Source: Octopus sinensis (Eukaryota). Taken from it: a stretch of DNA of 64,000 bases. Numbering within the stretch: the first letter of the stretch is position 1; every line of letters starts with the position of its first letter. The translations under genes and the position numbers were made by a program. The notes under the pieces are model-generated. The model did no database searches. It worked only from the letters and a program-made list of their open reading frames with translations, and was not told where the DNA came from. The stretch spans positions 154,008,001 through 154,072,000 of the forward strand of contig NC_043000.1 of the NCBI RefSeq assembly GCF_006345805.1. The letters are read 5' to 3'. This document shows, piece by piece, positions 61,024 to 64,000 of this stretch.

Positions 61024-61588
61024 ATAGTTCTGGACCATTATTCAATTAATAAGTACGCCTAGGACTTCATGGACAGAACACACTGGATAATAATCCATTG
61101 AGTTCTTTCCACAGGATTTGAGAGAAGTTTGACTGCTATTTCTAGCAAATCAAGCGACCACCACCACCAGGCTTCCTCGGCAGTCTGAGATACAGATAAA
61201 TTACCTGAATGGATTTTAACTTACTGAGCAACACTAGTTGAAGCCCTAAAGCTATGACAACAGATTAGAAACCAGGTTTTTAATATGTAGCAACAGAAGC
61301 AGGTTTCTCTTATCGCAATGCACTAAACACACATCTGAATTGCTCAATATTCAAGCATTAGAAGCTTAATTGAAATCTAACGGAATATCAGTAACACAGG
61401 AGCATTTGGAAATTATTGTTAGAAATACGGTCCCAATTTTTATACCCACCTTGTCCTAGCTCTCACGGACTTTACTTCATATAATTATAACCTCGGACGC
61501 TACATTCAATGTAGAACTGAAACCGCCAAAATCTTCACAAATGTTTGTCTTCCCAATCTCATCTTTCATATTCTGTTAGAGAAAACTG

Positions 61589-62131
61589 CATCTCTAATTC
61601 TTTCATGTACGACTTTTCCAGATCTTGTTGGATTCTCTTTCTATCACCATCTCTGGTTATTTTTCTAAGTAATGAAGACAACCTCTCTTTGATTTCTTTA
61701 TTTAATTGATGTTTTTTCCAACGGTTGTAATGGATCCTCTCACGGACGAGGGCATGTCCTGCCCTTTTCGCTACTCTTCTACCTTTATATGAATCCACTT
61801 TTGTCATTATATTCAAGCCAGGTGGTATCAGCTTTGAGTCTCTGCATCTACATAAGAAAGTTAGATGGTTTGAAAGACGAGCTAGTTTTTGATGGAGTTT
61901 CTCTATATGTCTCCATTGAAGTCAAATGTCGGCTCTGTGCCGATTAGATAATACAGTTCTATATTTAAGAGATGAGGAATTATTTACATTATTTACATTA
62001 TTTACATTCGACGGATATTTGTCCTCATCTTGTTTGTTGTTAATACAACGTTTCGGCTGATATGCCCGCCAGCCTTCTTCGGGAGTCTTGGAGAAATTTC
62101 GAACCTGGGTTCTCATTCCTAAGGTATTTTT
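61589..62131 (-). mobile_element. Penelope-like element 5' region, inverted copy
   Basis: Reverse complement of 62294-62836. Encodes the same N-terminus with a stop after RADI. Confidence 0.85.
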
Positions 62132-62149
62132 ATTCCTAAGGTATGCCCG

Positions 62150-62226
62150 TGGGCAGATGGCGTAGTGGTTAAGAGCACGGGGTACTAACCCCCAAGATTC
62201 CGAGTTCGATTCCAAGCAGTAACCTG
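62150..62226 (+). ncRNA. tRNA-like module (Pol III A/B boxes) within the Penelope-like element; not a functional tRNA
   Basis: A box TGGCGTAGTGG at 62158-62168, anticodon-like arm GGGG-TACTAA-CCCC, B box GAGTTCGATTC at 62202-62212. The acceptor stem is poor and an (AAC/AAT)n tract follows. Confidence 0.7.
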
Positions 62227-62247
62227 AACAATAACAACAACAACATC

Positions 62248-62290
<43 letters not shown>

Positions 62291-62293
62291 TCG

Positions 62294-62900
62294 AAAAATA
62301 CCTTAGGAATGAGAACCCAGGTGCTAAAATTCCCCAAGACACCTGAAGAAGGCTGGACGGTATATCAGTCGAAACGTTGTATTAACAACAAACAAGATGA
62401 GGACAAATATCCGTCGAATGTAAATAATGTAAATAATGTAAATAATTCCTCATCTCTTAAATATAGAACTGTACTATCTAATCGGTACGGAGCCGACATT
62501 AGACTTCAATGGAGACATATAGAGAGACTCCATCAAAAACTAGCTCGTCTTTCAAACCATCTAACTTTCTTATGTAGATGTAGAGACACAAAGCTAATAC
62601 CACCTGGCTTGAATATAATGACAAAAGTGGATTCATATAAAGGTAGAAGAGTAGCGGAAAGGGCAGGACACGCCCTTGTCCGTGAGAGTATCCATTACAA
62701 CCGTTGGAAAAAACATCAATTAAATAAAGATATCAAAGAGAGGTTGTCTTCATTACTTAGAAAAATAACCAGAGATGGTGATAGAAATAAAATCCAACAA
62801 GATCTGAAAAAGTCGTACATGAAAGAATTTGAAATGGTGAAGACACACCAGATTAAGGAGTTTATGAAACTCAAAGGTCAGAGAATGAAGACTGAAATCC
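62294..62900 (+). mobile_element. Penelope-like element pLTR plus ORF N-terminus, truncated before the RT
   Basis: ORF 62309-62998 contains KLARLSNHLTFLCRCRDTKLIPPGL, the HL.FL..C....LIP.GL N-terminal motif of PLE proteins, downstream of a hammerhead motif. Confidence 0.82.
62338..62383 (+). ncRNA. Minimal type I hammerhead ribozyme motif (variant inverted copy at ~62042-62087)
   Basis: ACAC-CTGAAGA-A-GGCTG[loop]CAGTC-GAAA-CGTT-GTAT: CUGANGA and GAAA cores, stem II, and palindromic AACGTT stem III. Confidence 0.65.
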
Positions 62901-63465
62901 CTCAGGCATCTCTAATGTTAGACTACCTCTTCAGGTCCATGAAATATTTTGGTTTCTTAATAGTTTCTAACCTAATACAAACCACAAACCCAGCCTAAAG
63001 AGCGACAGTTCCCCTGGTTTGTTGACATTACATTCCCAGAAAGCTTTCAGTGATTTGAAAGCATACATGCAGCAACACACTACAAAGATCGATCTTGTTT
63101 GTCTTCGCTTTGTCTCTTAAGTTACTACAAGGGTTTATGTTCTTTTGACATAACAAGCTACGTACCAACTACTTCTTATTCCATTCGATCTTACCTGCAT
63201 CTGATAATTTCATCGCCCATCTTATACATCTATTATAATAAGTTTGCTCAATTTACTACACCAGAATACAACCGTCAAAATGTCCTCATGCATGATATTT
63301 TTCCTACAAGAATATAACGTACAAAAGTTTAAATTGAACACCAATCACTTCGAAATTGCTATTCTAGAAAAAGCTCACTAAAATCAAAGGTACTGTGCCT
63401 TTTTTTTTTCTCATAAAAATGAAAGGAAGTGGCACCAATACAGATACGGGTATGGTAATGATAAG

Positions 63466-64000
63466 TAGCGAGCTGGCAGAAACGTTAGCATACTGGGCGA
63501 AATGCTTAGCGGTATTTCGTCTGCCGTTACGTTCTGAGTTCAAATTCCGCCGAGGTTGACTTTGCCTTTCATCCTTTCGGGGTCGATAAATTAAGTACTA
63601 GTTACGCACTTGGGTCGATATAATCGACTTAATCCGTTTGTCTGTCCTTGTTTGTCCCCTCTGTGTTTATCCCCTTGTGGGTAGTAAAGAAATAGGTATT
63701 TCGTCTGTCGCTACGTTCTGAGTTCAAATTCCGCCGAGGTCGACTTTACCTTCATCCTTTCGGGGTCGATAAATTAAGTACTAGTTACGCACTTGGGTCG
63801 ATATAATCGACTTAATCCGTTTGTCTGTCCTTGTTTGTCCCCTCTGTGTTTATCCCCTTGTGGGTAGTAAAGAAATAGGTATTTCGTCTGTCGCTACGTT
63901 CTGAGTTCAAATTCCGCCGAGGTCGACTTTACCTTTCATCCTTTCGGGGTCGATTAAATAAGTACCAGTTACGCACTGGGGTCGATATAATCGACTGAAT
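63466..64000 (+). mobile_element. SINE family A with at least three tandem ~184 bp body units, running off the window
   Basis: Units start GGTATTTCGTCTG at 63511, 63695 and 63878. Confidence 0.92.

Noticed and set aside
62150-62226. Functional tRNA gene (also the tRNA-like heads at 6010, 36410, 36720 and 38180-38254)
   Set aside because: Acceptor stems are poor and all are embedded in mobile elements.

Overview
AT-rich, repeat-dominated eukaryotic DNA with no intact host gene that I can support. The SINE families and dense (AT)n/(ATGT)n/(GATA)n microsatellites suggest an octopus-like cephalopod (inference). The window holds many tRNA-derived SINEs (three recurring families, several with clean target-site duplications), decayed R4/Dong-like, CR1-group and RTE-like LINE fragments, Tc1 and DD37D (maT-like) transposon remnants, a complete non-autonomous Helitron, a TTAA piggyBac-type MITE, two local tandem duplications bounded by (AT)n (one probably an assembly artefact) and an ~8.4 kb (GAT)n array. 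Three observations stand out. (1) A head-to-head Penelope-like element at 61.6-62.9 kb carries hammerhead-ribozyme cores and a tRNA-like Pol III module between its arms. (2) Two further small fold-back elements carry inverted hammerhead-like cores. (3) A cryptic tandem array of decayed LRR/Toll-like-receptor-like coding sequence lies at 35.4-40.6 kb and is not evident from the ORF track. Most listed ORFs are microsatellite or SINE artefacts. All family assignments come from motif recognition by eye, with no database search.
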